NCBI GenBank assembly: GCA_946965045.2
Contig: OX337233.1
Span: forward strand, 2,604,001 to 2,668,000
Direction: 5' to 3'
Origin: Epithemia pelagica
Taxonomy: Eukaryota > Protista > Bacillariophyta
Length of the DNA: 64,000 nt
In this document: piece by piece, positions 1 through 10,317 of the stretch
Position numbering within the stretch: the first letter of the stretch is position 1
Layout: each line of letters starts with the position of its first letter
Translations under genes and position numbers: made by a program
Notes under the pieces: model-generated
Databases searched by the model: none
Seen by the model: the letters and a program-made list of their open reading frames with translations, nothing else
What the model was told of the DNA's origin: nothing

Positions 1-997
1 TTGGAATTTTTGGAAAGGAAGACTCCAAGGCGAACAGGGACACCACATCATCTGCCAGTGCAGGCTATTGTATGGCCCATGTGGTCCCCATTGTCATGCA
101 TCACTTGTCATTCACGCAAAGCTCGCATCACCACAATGCGACATCTGAAATTATGTCGTGGCTCACATATTCTTACTCTAACAAAATAGCAGACAATAAG
201 GGTACGACACATATCAGACTCTAAAAAGACATATCAGATTTCGCCTTGCACAGAATTTTCTGAGATATTAGACGTGCACGTGTACAAACGCACTCGTGTT
301 CGCGTAAGCAGTCGCGCGGAAGTGGGACTCATATCTCATCTCCACACTCTACTAGGGCGTAATAAAGTTGGATCACGCGTGACTGACACGATGTGGGGCA
401 TCCACCCCACAAGGAGAAAGGATGCTATCCACTCTACCGCCTCTTGTTGGACAACCTGGGGGAATAGCTCGTAGACCGACATGAAACTAGGAGTACTCTC
501 TTGACATTCGCCCTGAGATTATCGAAGATGAAGGTTCATGGGAAATGGAAACGGCAACCAGTGCCAGCGTGTTACCGATTCTCCAGTCGAAGGCTTCGCA
601 AACAAAAATAGAAAGGTGCGAAAAAGCCTTCAGTGAGCAACTGCTTGGCGAATGCCTCGTGCAAGGAAAGGGATTGAGGCTATTCCGTGTCAGGACAATA
701 TCCGCCTGTCCTCCCTTGTCTTTTCTTGCCTCCACATCAAAAAGAGTAAACGCTACAAAGCCCGGGAGACTGAGATGAAAAATTTAGAATATTAGCAAAT
801 ACAAAGGGAAAGTTCCAGTGCTCCAGTAAATCTACGAAAGACGGAGAGGGCGCTCCGTCGTGCTATCCAGAAGTCATGGACGCCCGCAGCTGGTGATGCG
901 TACACTCTCCAGTCCGTCCACGATCTGCATGGCCCAATGTATAGTTTGCGTGAAGGACAACAACAACAAGAGAGCTCGTCCTCATTTGTTCCACTTC

Positions 998-2285
998 TCA
1001 TCGGTTCTTACCAGCCAATTTCAGACCGCTTTCCGAAGCATTCATGTGAGCAGGTATTAGTTTTTCCAATACGTCTGGTGCAACTGATAACTCATGGCTC
1101 GTGAACTCAAAGAGCAATGGAGGAAGGTTTCCACCACCGTTAGGAAGTTTCGTAGATTCTTGTCTAAGCTCGTCAAAGAACGGGTGAGCACAGCCTTCCA
1201 AAGGAGCAATGCGTTTGGAAGGAGTATAAGCCAACGTTCTCGCAATAAAGTCCATCGCGTCTACAGGTGTTTTATTCCGGAAGATCTTCTTCCATTGACA
1301 CCCTTTGATCTGAGGAAATTTAAACTCCATATAATTGGAGTTCATGCTCCTTATCTCTTCCTTTGTTGGAGTCCCCAATACCTTGATAATTTCAACGAGT
1401 TGATCAACTCCCGAGTCTCCAGGGAACAACGGTTGCCCCAGCAACAGCTCTGCCCCCACACACCCCTGTGACCAAATGTCGATTGCGGTTGTGTAGTCTG
1501 TAGATCCAAATATGAGTTCCGGAGCACGATAGTATCTCGAGCATATGTAACTAACATTTGGTTCACCTGGAACAAGCGCTTTCGCACTGCCAAAATCACA
1601 AAGCTTAAGTTCCTGCGTTTGAGGATTCACCAACAGATTCTGCGGCTTAATATCTCGGTGGCATATACCCAAAGTGTGTATGTGTGCCAGAGCCCGGCTA
1701 AGTTGATACAAATACATCTTCACGAGAACTAGCGGTAAGTTCATCGCGTGCTTCTGATGTCGCCGGCTGATTGAATAAACCGTCTCTGGCACAAACTCAA
1801 GCACAAGGTTCAAATACAGATCGTCTGGCTTTTCTCCCTGAAAAGAACAAAAACAAACATCAAGTCGAGAATCAGCGTACCGTTTCCATTCAGGAAGGAT
1901 ATGACAGTAAACGAACATGAAAACTTACCTGAGAATAGAAGCAATGCTTCAAGGCAACGATATTTGGATGTGGATCTTTCACTAGCTGTCTCATAATCTG
2001 TAATTCTCTGTTCTTAAATCTCTTGTCCTGAAGGACTTTCTTGATGGCAACCACTTCTCCCGTTTCCACAACTTTCGCTTCGAAGACTACTCCGAATGAT
2101 CCATTTCCGATTATGCGTTCGGCTGCATATGAGATATTTTGTTCATTGTTGCTGCTGCTAACTGCAGATGATGATGTGCCACCCAAGCGAGAAGAGTCGC
2201 CACCAGCAGCGGAAGTCGGCGCGCTCGACTCTGCCATTACGCTGCTGATGTTATTCTGCTGCGGTAAAACCGATGCCATGTACAA
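998..2285 (-). CDS. GSK3: Glycogen synthase kinase-3/shaggy-like kinase; 2 exons (2285-1930, 1837-998)
   Basis: Motifs [64 protein letters not shown] 92-nt GTAAG...CAG intron (1929-1838) joins YSQ|GEKPD in frame. Confidence 0.97.
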
Positions 2286-3161
2286 GTATCCGGATTGTCC
2301 CGATGCTCTTTGTTGTATGAATTGATTCCGAACCTCACCGACGACGGCACAGCGACCAGAAGCGGTGACACCAACTAAGCGATCTGTGATTTGTCGCTCA
2401 CCCTACATACAATGCCTTACGTAGCTTTTCGTAGGATCCCTACGACACGGATCTTCCACTAAAAAATTCTCGAAAATGGTACGCCGACCCCACCCTTCCC
2501 AAAGCCAATGGTGGTACTGAAGTCAACGATGTTAGAGAAAGGGTCGATGATAATACCCTATTCGACTCTTTCCAACGATGAACTTAAAACAGCAGACTCA
2601 AATGGATCCAAAGTCGTCTGCCGTCGTCGTTTGATGCGAGAGCTGCGGCTCCGATCTTTGGCCGTGTCGGTGTCGGTCGCAGCACGCAGTCTTGATTTCT
2701 CGCACAGAACCCAAGACAAAATTCTACCATATTCTTCGGTTGATGATTGATGATATAGTTGATACAGGATACTGCCCTTTTGTGCTACAAAACACTACCT
2801 CTCGGAATACTTCGGAGTAGCTAATAAGATACGACTCTAGCTCGGATCTCAAGTCTCAAGCAGACGGCTGGATTCTGATGCCGTCCCAAGTTTTGGTGTA
2901 TACCATTCGGCTCATGGACGACTAGCTCCATTTCGGCTAGATCATCAATATCGAGAGCAAGAGTTACGCTCTCTCCCACTGTTTGGTCACAGCAAAGTTC
3001 AGAAGTCGTTGTCGTACGCTTGCCAATTTCGATGGAGTTTTGTTGATGCCAAACCGTCTGCGGACAACAACGACTTTCACTCCTCGCTGTGTTACAATAC
3101 CCAACTATACCAGGCAAACAACCAACCCTCAGCGCGAGTCGCTAACGGAGAAAAGCGAAGG

Positions 3162-4634
3162 ATGGAAGACGGTGACTCGCGTCCCCTTCTTGAGCAAATC
3201 CTATTGGAGCTGCATCACCTGCGCCTCTCAACACAGCGTGGGACAACTGATCCTTCACCAACCCCATCCACTCTTGGTTCGCAAGCAGTGGATGCGTTGG
3301 AACAGTTTAATGGGTTTCACGTGGTATCCTCAGATACTTTTCCGGGAGAACCGACAACGCCTTTCTTGAGCAACGAACGAATGTCGGAGCTTCAAACAGC
3401 ATCCTTTAAAAACGAATCCGAGCTTGTTCAATGGTTCGAGCCTTGTTTTCGAGAGATCATGGCAGAAGCAAGTGATGAAGTTGGATTCAAGATGATTCTG
3501 CTCAACACAGAAAGGCACCCTTGGGTCGAATGTCCACAGGGCGGTGCTTCCCCGAAGCCTGATGGTGTTGGACTTGCTGTTGAATTCGCAAGCTTCCACA
3601 TAACGAGCGGTGACGAGGCCTACCAGAACGTTGGTGACAGCAATTTCGGAAGCTTGGCGGCTTGGGTTCTACGAGACTCGATTGAATTTGTTACCAAATG
3701 GAAAGTTGGTTCAAGTTTTGCTCAAGGGCTTGGCGAGGGGATTGAGTACCACCGACGAATCAAGTCAAACTATAAGAAAGATCGTCATGTACAGGAATCG
3801 AAGAGGACCACGGATGTACTTGTTGCAAATGAAAGCGGTTTTAATCTTGTCAGATGCTACGATGGAGAAGCACGATCGCTGTACGCCTCTACCTGGAACT
3901 CCCCATGCTCCAAAGTGGCTCTTTTCAAGTTTGTCGTTGGGTCTTTATGGCCCAGACCGCGAAAAAGGATTTGGAAAACGGCAGTGGATCACCTATGCCA
4001 GTTGCTGAACGTAGAATTGGTGGAATCCGTGGCCGGACAAAACTGCTTCCTCGGCTATGGCTCGAGCGGTCGGGTTTTTTTGGTTCGGAGACAAGATGCC
4101 GACGCGGACGAGGGTTTTCTGGTCCTGAAAGTTGCCGCTGCAGAAAATCTTACTGAAGCAAAAAGTGAGATTCTCACCATGAAGTATTATCAAGACAGGC
4201 TTGCCCGGGCTGGAGTTACCTCACAACTGGTGTCGTCAGCAATTCGAATTTCAGAGGGTTACGCTGGTCTACTGCTGACGCCTTTCGGGAGGGTGTTACG
4301 GCCGTTGAAAACAGACGTGTCTAGTGGGCTTACTTCCTTGCGAGCGCTGCACTTGGCCGGGTTTGCTCATCGAGCTAGTAGGAGGCAGAACGCCATCATG
4401 ACAAGAGACGGTCAATGCAAATGGATAGATTTGCGTACACTTGATGACTTAGAGGGAGAAGGCGATGAGGCGAAAAATGATATCTTCTCGAGAGACGTAT
4501 GCACCATGGTTGAGTCTTTCGGTGTAGTCACGAACTTTGAGGTGCTCCGTCCTCACGCAGCTGCCTACTTACGAGGTGGTGAAGACCATCTTCACGCTCT
4601 ACTTGAGGAGATAGCAGGGATATGGCGAACATAA
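3162..4634 (+). CDS. Crinkler/CR-type REase-fold plus kinase-like protein with degenerate catalytic motifs
   Basis: Intronless ORF (open from 3009; first ATG at 3162). PKPDG...WVLRDSIEFVTKWK resembles a PD-(D/E)xK fold. The C-terminal kinase-like part has LGYGSSGRVF, VLKV, AHRASRRQN and WIDL. Confidence 0.6.
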   Translation: MEDGDSRPLLEQILLELHHLRLSTQRGTTDPSPTPSTLGSQAVDALEQFNGFHVVSSDTFPGEPTTPFLSNERMSELQTASFKNESELVQWFEPCFREIMAEASDEVGFKMILLNTERHPWVECPQGGASPKPDGVGLAVEFASFHITSGDEAYQNVGDSNFGSLAAWVLRDSIEFVTKWKVGSSFAQGLGEGIEYHRRIKSNYKKDRHVQESKRTTDVLVANESGFNLVRCYDGEARSLYASTWNSPCSKVALFKFVVGSLWPRPRKRIWKTAVDHLCQLLNVELVESVAGQNCFLGYGSSGRVFLVRRQDADADEGFLVLKVAAAENLTEAKSEILTMKYYQDRLARAGVTSQLVSSAIRISEGYAGLLLTPFGRVLRPLKTDVSSGLTSLRALHLAGFAHRASRRQNAIMTRDGQCKWIDLRTLDDLEGEGDEAKNDIFSRDVCTMVESFGVVTNFEVLRPHAAAYLRGGEDHLHALLEEIAGIWRT

Positions 4635-5463
4635 ACCAGGTTTTACCAACGTCAATGCAACAGAACGAGGAAGAAAGTAGCAGAGAAGAGATTTGGAGCA
4701 ACGCTGGCTTCCAAGCAAATAGATCTGTCGTATTCGTTGATTGTACCAGTTTCACGTTTGACGTCTGTCAGTGGAGACAGTAGCAATCTGGGTATGTGGG
4801 CGTCAGGCAATGGGCGTGGGGCACAATGCTGTGAAACGGGATTCCTGTCTATCCTCGCCGCTGACAAGACAGGAAAAAGGAAAAAAGTTGACTTATACGA
4901 GGCATATAAGACAGATTGAACGATGTCATTTTCGTCCTCATGCGACGCGAAAAAGTTTCCCTTGTCAACTGGAGGCAATAAGGTTTATGTCAGCTCCCTT
5001 ATCGACGACGAGAACGTTATTTAACACGTTTTGAGCCTCGCCAAGAATCGAAGATGACCTCCCTAATTCATAGGAGTAGGTCTTGCTATTGGTATTCGAT
5101 TTCTGACATGAATTTCTAGCCCAAATCGCCATGGAGACCAAGAATGCCAACAAAACTGAAGTACTCCTAGAGGAAAACGGTGGAGAGGCGAGAAGATTTG
5201 TAATAGTAACTCATGGATTAGTAACATTAAAGCAATGCGTGATTTTGTATGCGAATAGTTCAGAGGAGAACTTAGTGTAGATGTTATGATAGCAGGGTAG
5301 GTAACATCATGGCAAAGAAGAATGCATGACAATGTGCATTCGGTAGGTCAACTGACATACTTGTTTGACCCGGGGACTAGTAGGTGAAGACCTGAAATGA
5401 GTCCACGTTTCTTGAATGCCCGCCTGATACCTCTTGTTGCTGGCATCCCAGTCGAGTCACCAT

Positions 5464-8400
5464 CTAGACTTTTGGATGCAAGGTTGCGGAAGAAGGCGAT
5501 CTTAGCATGGAACTGCTGCCGGATTGCGACAACGCCACTGATCGCGGACTCGCCTTGCTTCTCATCATTTGGAGTAATTCGGCCAAGAGAGCACTCGCGG
5601 TGGAATCTGCTCCGGCACTGGGACCCTGGATCGTCAGCGGGTATGCCATGTGGCGCTGTGTAAAGAATCGAACACACTCACAGCTTGGAGGATTGACCGC
5701 AAAAACATGATGATCTGGGACTTCTACCAACTTGATCTCTACTCGTTGCTCTTTGACGTTGATACTTGCCACATGACGAAGGACACATCCTCGTTTTCGC
5801 GCCGCGTCCACCCGCTTCTTCACGTGCTCGTCCACTTCGGGTGAAAGATTGTTGTAGTCAACCTCGGAATGGAGAATTGACTCCACTACTTTTTCGCTAC
5901 TGTCTTGAATTTCCCCTAGCTCAAGGTTTTTCATACCCAGTTCGCCTGCGAGGATCATGAGGACTCGGCACGTGTATTCGTTGTTGAGATCCTTGGTCGG
6001 ATCCTCTTCCATGAGACCCAATTCAATGGCCTCCTTCACCGCTTCACTAAACCGACATGGCTTTCCAATGCTGGGAACAAAGTCGCCTTGAAAGGCTCCT
6101 TTGCTGGTTTGCTCGTCGTAGGAATGGCAGACCGAAATGTCGGATGGCGGGGAGATACGAAACATGATGAAGGACAAAGACACAGACAAAATACCATCAA
6201 TGTGCCGAATGCGGTCCCCCGATTGGAGCAGCGTCCTCATTGTTCCAATGATGGGCAAGGCACCACCGACAGTGACTTCTCGTAGATACTGGGCCGATTG
6301 TTTGCCGTTGGCCTTGGTCGCGGCAGCAATCTCTGACCGTTGTTCTCTTGATCCGGACAGACCCGTGTTATTGGCTGTAACAACATTGATACCTGCACGA
6401 AGCCAATCTGCGTGGCAACGACCAGCATCTTCGTCATTGGTACAATCGAAAATGACGTGATTGGCGTAATCACTGCGGAACAAATGCTTGGGTATGAGAT
6501 CCAATCCTTGGGATCTGATCAATTGGGCGGACTCCTTGTCCTCGAATGAGGTTTTCTTGTTCATGGCAATCTCGGTCGACTCTGGTTGCGTGCTCATCAT
6601 TGCTAGTGTGTAATCGTTGCTACTAATGGTTTCGGAACCACCATCCAAATCTCGTTTGAGCACCACGGCATCGCCAAGTGGATCAGTCTTCGGCAAAATG
6701 ACGCAGACTTGGAGTTCCAAATCAAAGGTCGAACGGAGCGATTCTCGTTGCTCGTCGAGAAGACGAAGAAGAGAATGTCCCAAATCGTTCATGCCAATGA
6801 TTCCCACACGAATGGTAGTATGAGAAAGACGAAAGGCCGCATGGACGGCACGCAAGGCACGAGTGGAATCTTGCGAAAGCACCACGGCAGAAATGTTGCG
6901 CTCCGAAGATCCCTGCGCCACGGCAAGGACGTTGATCTTGGCATCGCCCATGGCCGAAAAGAAGCGGGCCGAAACACCAGTGGTATGGGCCATACCATCT
7001 CCAACTGCAGCAATAATAGCGCATGGGGCAATCACATCGACACTGGAAATGTGATTGGCCTTTAATTCTCTATGAAACTCGTCTTCAATCGTTTCCTGAG
7101 CCAGTTCTGCCATGGAGGCAATGGTGGCAAAGGTAATGGTATGCTCCGAAGAAGCTTGCGAGATGAGAGTCACATTAATGTTGTTCTCCTCCAATCGTCC
7201 AAACAAACGTTTCGCTACACCAGGAACACCCATCAAACCAGATCCTTCCACATTAATGAGAGCCATGTTTTCCGCACTGGAAAATCCACAAACAACCTTG
7301 TCCAGATCCGAATGACGAGTGGAAGACACAAAGATGCGTGTACCTGGGAAGGATGGCTCAAAGGTATTTCGGATGTAAATGGGGATTTGATTAGGCCGAG
7401 CCGAAATGGCTGGTTGCATCGTTTTGGGATGAATCACCTTGGCTCCAAAATAGGCCATTTCCATGGCTTCATTGTACGATACTTCTGGTACTACTTGTGA
7501 ATGTGGAACGCGACGTGGATCGGCGGTCAATACACCATTGACATCGGTCCAAATGGTAATGGAATTTGCCTGCAACAATCTGCCCAAAATGGAGGCTGAG
7601 TAGTCTGATCCATCTCGTTGCAAGGTGGTTGCAACACCCTCTGTATTACTCGCCACATATCCTGTCACGACAAAATGCAAAACAGTGTTTGATTTTTGCT
7701 TGTCATCAATCTTGGCCCACTCTTCTTCGTACACCTGCTCCAGCTTGGCTTGAGACATGTCCCATTCAATGGCCCCACTTTGTACGGCTTCCTCGTCAAC
7801 GACAATTAAACGTCGCGCATCAATGTAGGCAAACTCATGATGAGTCTGCGAGGGATGCGTGGGAGGGGAAGCGCGATCGTGTCTGGAAGAAAGGGAGGTG
7901 TCCAAAACATTGCTGCCAATGTCATCTTCCGGTGTGGAGGCCGACAAGGCATCGGACGAAGAGAAGGATGACGAGGATCGAGCTTGTCGACGTAGCTTTA
8001 AGTACGCCGTGAGTATTTGAGCCGACCAAAGCTCACCATATCCGGATACCAACTCGGAGATTCGTGAGGCTTTCCATTTCATTAAGGAGACGGTCCGCAA
8101 AATATCGGCAATGTTTTGGACGTCTTTGCGAATGACGCCCAGCAATCGATCGTGTACTTCCTTGTTTTGAGCAAACAAATCATCCAATACTGACTTTTGC
8201 TTATTGATAATATCTTGAAGAGTCGATTCGACGTCTTTTCGTTCGGCCGCAAAAGTCACACTTTGCAGCAACAAATCGGTCGTCTTGGGTTTACCACCAA
8301 TCGCCGACACGACCACTGCAATCGAACGGGGAGACGGTTCTAGGCCATTCTTTCGGTGTAGGGTGGTGGTAGGTCCTACGACTTGACCATGCAGTTCAAT

Positions 8401-8556
8401 AATGTCGGCGACGCGTCCAAAGCAGTCGGCATTGGCTACCGATGTGCCACCAAATTTGTGAACCAGCCAACACTTGTCTTGAAATCCACGATGCATCTCT
8501 TCTTCTACTTGTTTGTCAGTTTGAAGGATGACATTGTTCTTGGTTTCCTTTGTCAT
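5464..8556 (-). CDS. Aspartokinase-ACT-ACT-homoserine dehydrogenase fusion (HSDH domain looks degenerate)
   Basis: 1030-aa ORF with KFGGTSV, SGYGELWSA, TTLQRDGSDYSA and WTDVNGVLTADPR, two ACT domains, and a C-terminal HSDH fold (VTVGGALPII). No N-terminal signal peptide seen. Confidence 0.93.
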   Translation of the reverse strand: MTKETKNNVILQTDKQVEEEMHRGFQDKCWLVHKFGGTSVANADCFGRVADIIELHGQVVGPTTTLHRKNGLEPSPRSIAVVVSAIGGKPKTTDLLLQSVTFAAERKDVESTLQDIINKQKSVLDDLFAQNKEVHDRLLGVIRKDVQNIADILRTVSLMKWKASRISELVSGYGELWSAQILTAYLKLRRQARSSSSFSSSDALSASTPEDDIGSNVLDTSLSSRHDRASPPTHPSQTHHEFAYIDARRLIVVDEEAVQSGAIEWDMSQAKLEQVYEEEWAKIDDKQKSNTVLHFVVTGYVASNTEGVATTLQRDGSDYSASILGRLLQANSITIWTDVNGVLTADPRRVPHSQVVPEVSYNEAMEMAYFGAKVIHPKTMQPAISARPNQIPIYIRNTFEPSFPGTRIFVSSTRHSDLDKVVCGFSSAENMALINVEGSGLMGVPGVAKRLFGRLEENNINVTLISQASSEHTITFATIASMAELAQETIEDEFHRELKANHISSVDVIAPCAIIAAVGDGMAHTTGVSARFFSAMGDAKINVLAVAQGSSERNISAVVLSQDSTRALRAVHAAFRLSHTTIRVGIIGMNDLGHSLLRLLDEQRESLRSTFDLELQVCVILPKTDPLGDAVVLKRDLDGGSETISSNDYTLAMMSTQPESTEIAMNKKTSFEDKESAQLIRSQGLDLIPKHLFRSDYANHVIFDCTNDEDAGRCHADWLRAGINVVTANNTGLSGSREQRSEIAAATKANGKQSAQYLREVTVGGALPIIGTMRTLLQSGDRIRHIDGILSVSLSFIMFRISPPSDISVCHSYDEQTSKGAFQGDFVPSIGKPCRFSEAVKEAIELGLMEEDPTKDLNNEYTCRVLMILAGELGMKNLELGEIQDSSEKVVESILHSEVDYNNLSPEVDEHVKKRVDAARKRGCVLRHVASINVKEQRVEIKLVEVPDHHVFAVNPPSCECVRFFTQRHMAYPLTIQGPSAGADSTASALLAELLQMMRSKASPRSVALSQSGSSSMLRSPSSATLHPKV

Positions 8557-9074
8557 GGTAAGGTGCTATAGATCCTGTTCGACGTTGTTTCACCTTGACA
8601 GAATTTTCTGTGTGGTGGCGATGGATGGATGAACGATGCGTGACAAAGACACGAATCGATGCAGAACAGATGGGAGAAGAAATTCCCGAAAAGTGAAAGA
8701 GGAGGAACGCGTGTTGGTTGTTGGTTGTTGGCTGTTGGTGTTGACTGTTGACGTTCGGACACCGCGTCTGGGCAGCAGTTCTGATTCGCTGATTGGCGGC
8801 TGAAGTGTGGCGGGCCGCACTCCTGGGGGAGCCGGACTGACGTGTGGGGGAATTCCGTTCGGCCAGGTGCTCTTTCATCCTGTTCTTCCGAATGGTGACC
8901 ACCAATTGTCAAGGATATTCGACTGCTAGGTATTTTTCTTGAGCTACCTCAATCCTCAGGGGAACATTACAGCTAGCTGCTCCTCTAGTAGTAGCTACCG
9001 AAGGCAAAATCGTTGGAGAGGACCGACCGTATCAATTTATTCGTATGAGAGGATGTATGATGAGTGTAACCTTA

Positions 9075-9522
9075 GGCTGTTCCTCGAGCACGACAAAACC
9101 AATCTGAAAACGTGACACGTCATCAATTTACATCATCTTGACGTCATATTTCACTGCACAGTTTTTGTCGGCCCTCCATTCCGACAAATCCAAAGCTCAG
9201 GATTTGTCGGCCGACAAATCCTGAAATAGCATTAGGGATTGTGTTATCTTTATTCTAGTGTACATATGGGATACAGAAACTTCCAGCGCGCGTTCTGGAC
9301 TTCAGCGGCGCGCGACGGTCCCCCAATCCCTAATGAAGTATTCCAACTTTCGAATAGTATTGGTATTCAATTCCACAGAGTACTTTTGGGGAGTGTTGGG
9401 GACCTAGGCGCGGGCTCTTGTTTTGGTTTTGGTTTTGCTCGAGGATGGAAAAACTGGCCAATGTGAAAATTCTCCAAGATGTCACGTTCTCAAATTGGTT
9501 TTGTCGTGCTCGAGGAACGGCC
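9075..9522. mobile_element. Non-autonomous PIF/Harbinger-type MITE (448 bp)
   Basis: TIRs of about 43 bp: GGCTGTTCCTCGAGCACGACAAAACCAATCTGAAAACGTGACA versus the reverse complement of the right end, GGCCGTTCCTCGAGCACGACAAAACCAATTTGAGAACGTGACA (3 mismatches). Flanked by TTA at 9072-9074 and 9523-9525. No coding capacity. Confidence 0.88.
9197..9224. repeat. Perfect 28-bp palindrome inside MITE 1
   Basis: TCAGGATTTGTCGG|CCGACAAATCCTGA. A second TTTGTCGG...CCGACAAA hairpin lies just upstream (about 9163-9188). Confidence 0.9.
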
Positions 9523-9525
9523 TTA

Positions 9526-10023
9526 GAGCATGCGCAGCCGTTGGAACAAAATTAGAACAAATGTGCGTGACTCACGCAGTCTTATTCCCATAATGGACGT
9601 CTTGCGTCGTTATTCGTACGTTTGATCAAATCTGTGCAGCCGTAAAAAACAAAAATGGAGCAAAAATGGAAAAAAAAATAGAAGTTTTGGCGCGCCCGCG
9701 ACATTGGCTTGCGTGTAGCGGTTTGAAGTCACGCCCGTCATCCTGTCACGTTGCTGACGCGCGTGCATTGGTATAATAATAATGTAGATTCAGATTGTAC
9801 ATATGGACAGCATGTCTCGTGACTCATGTTCCAAGACTCGTATGCTCCAACTTTCTGCTAGAGAAAACAGGGCACAGATTCGTGGTATCTGTGCCAAAAA
9901 AAGGAAGAATAACTCAGATTTAAATTTGTTCCAGGTTTGTTCCCCGCGCTGCAGAGCCATTTTCATGGAATAGCACAGATTTGCCGATTTGTTCCTATTC
10001 TATTCCAACGGCTGCGCATGCTC
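9526..10023. mobile_element. Second non-autonomous PIF/Harbinger-type MITE (498 bp), different family
   Basis: TIRs GAGCATGCGCAGCCGTTGGAA (21 bp perfect, extending imperfectly to about 38 bp). TTA at 9523-9525 and 10024-10026. Confidence 0.88.
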
Positions 10024-10106
10024 TTATCTGATGGAGTGTTGGCAAGGCTCGATCTTCCATGCACGCGGCCTGTCAGCATGGGATAAGGTACAAGTCGCGG
10101 TGGCCT

Positions 10107-10123
10107 AAAAGCAAAATGCAAAA
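10107..10123 (-). terminator. Putative Pol III terminator (three T4 runs)
   Basis: Minus strand TTTTGCATTTTGCTTTT, starting 10 nt after G37 of the 5' half. Confidence 0.55.
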
Positions 10124-10133
10124 GAAGCGATCT

Positions 10134-10211
10134 CTGCAATCGAACGCTCTACCACTGAGCTACTAGTGCCGGACGAGCACCAGACGTGAGTCGAACACGT
10201 GACCATTCGAA
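10134..10211 (-). tRNA. Circularly permuted tRNA-Cys(GCA): 3' half (nt 38-73; 10211-10176), spacer CGTCCG (10175-10170), 5' half (nt 1-37; 10169-10134)
   Basis: The minus strand reads T TCGAA TGGTC ACGTG TTCGACT CACGT CTGGTGC T cgtccg GCACTAG TA GCTC AGTGGTA GAGC G TTCGA TT GCA G. Swapping the halves gives a 72-nt cloverleaf with all four stems paired, a GCA anticodon and U73. Confidence 0.9.
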
Positions 10212-10250
10212 GTTTGTTTTAATTCACTATCTTAGACCGATGATTTTAGA

Positions 10251-10257
10251 ATATATA
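10251..10257 (-). promoter_or_regulatory. Putative TATA element for Pol III transcription of the permuted tRNA
   Basis: TATATAT on the minus strand, about 40 nt upstream of the tRNA 3' half. Confidence 0.45.
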
Positions 10258-10317
10258 CACTAACATTGGTTTTTCTATTGGGGGATTGAGATTTGAGAAC
10301 AAACGCAACATGTCGTC

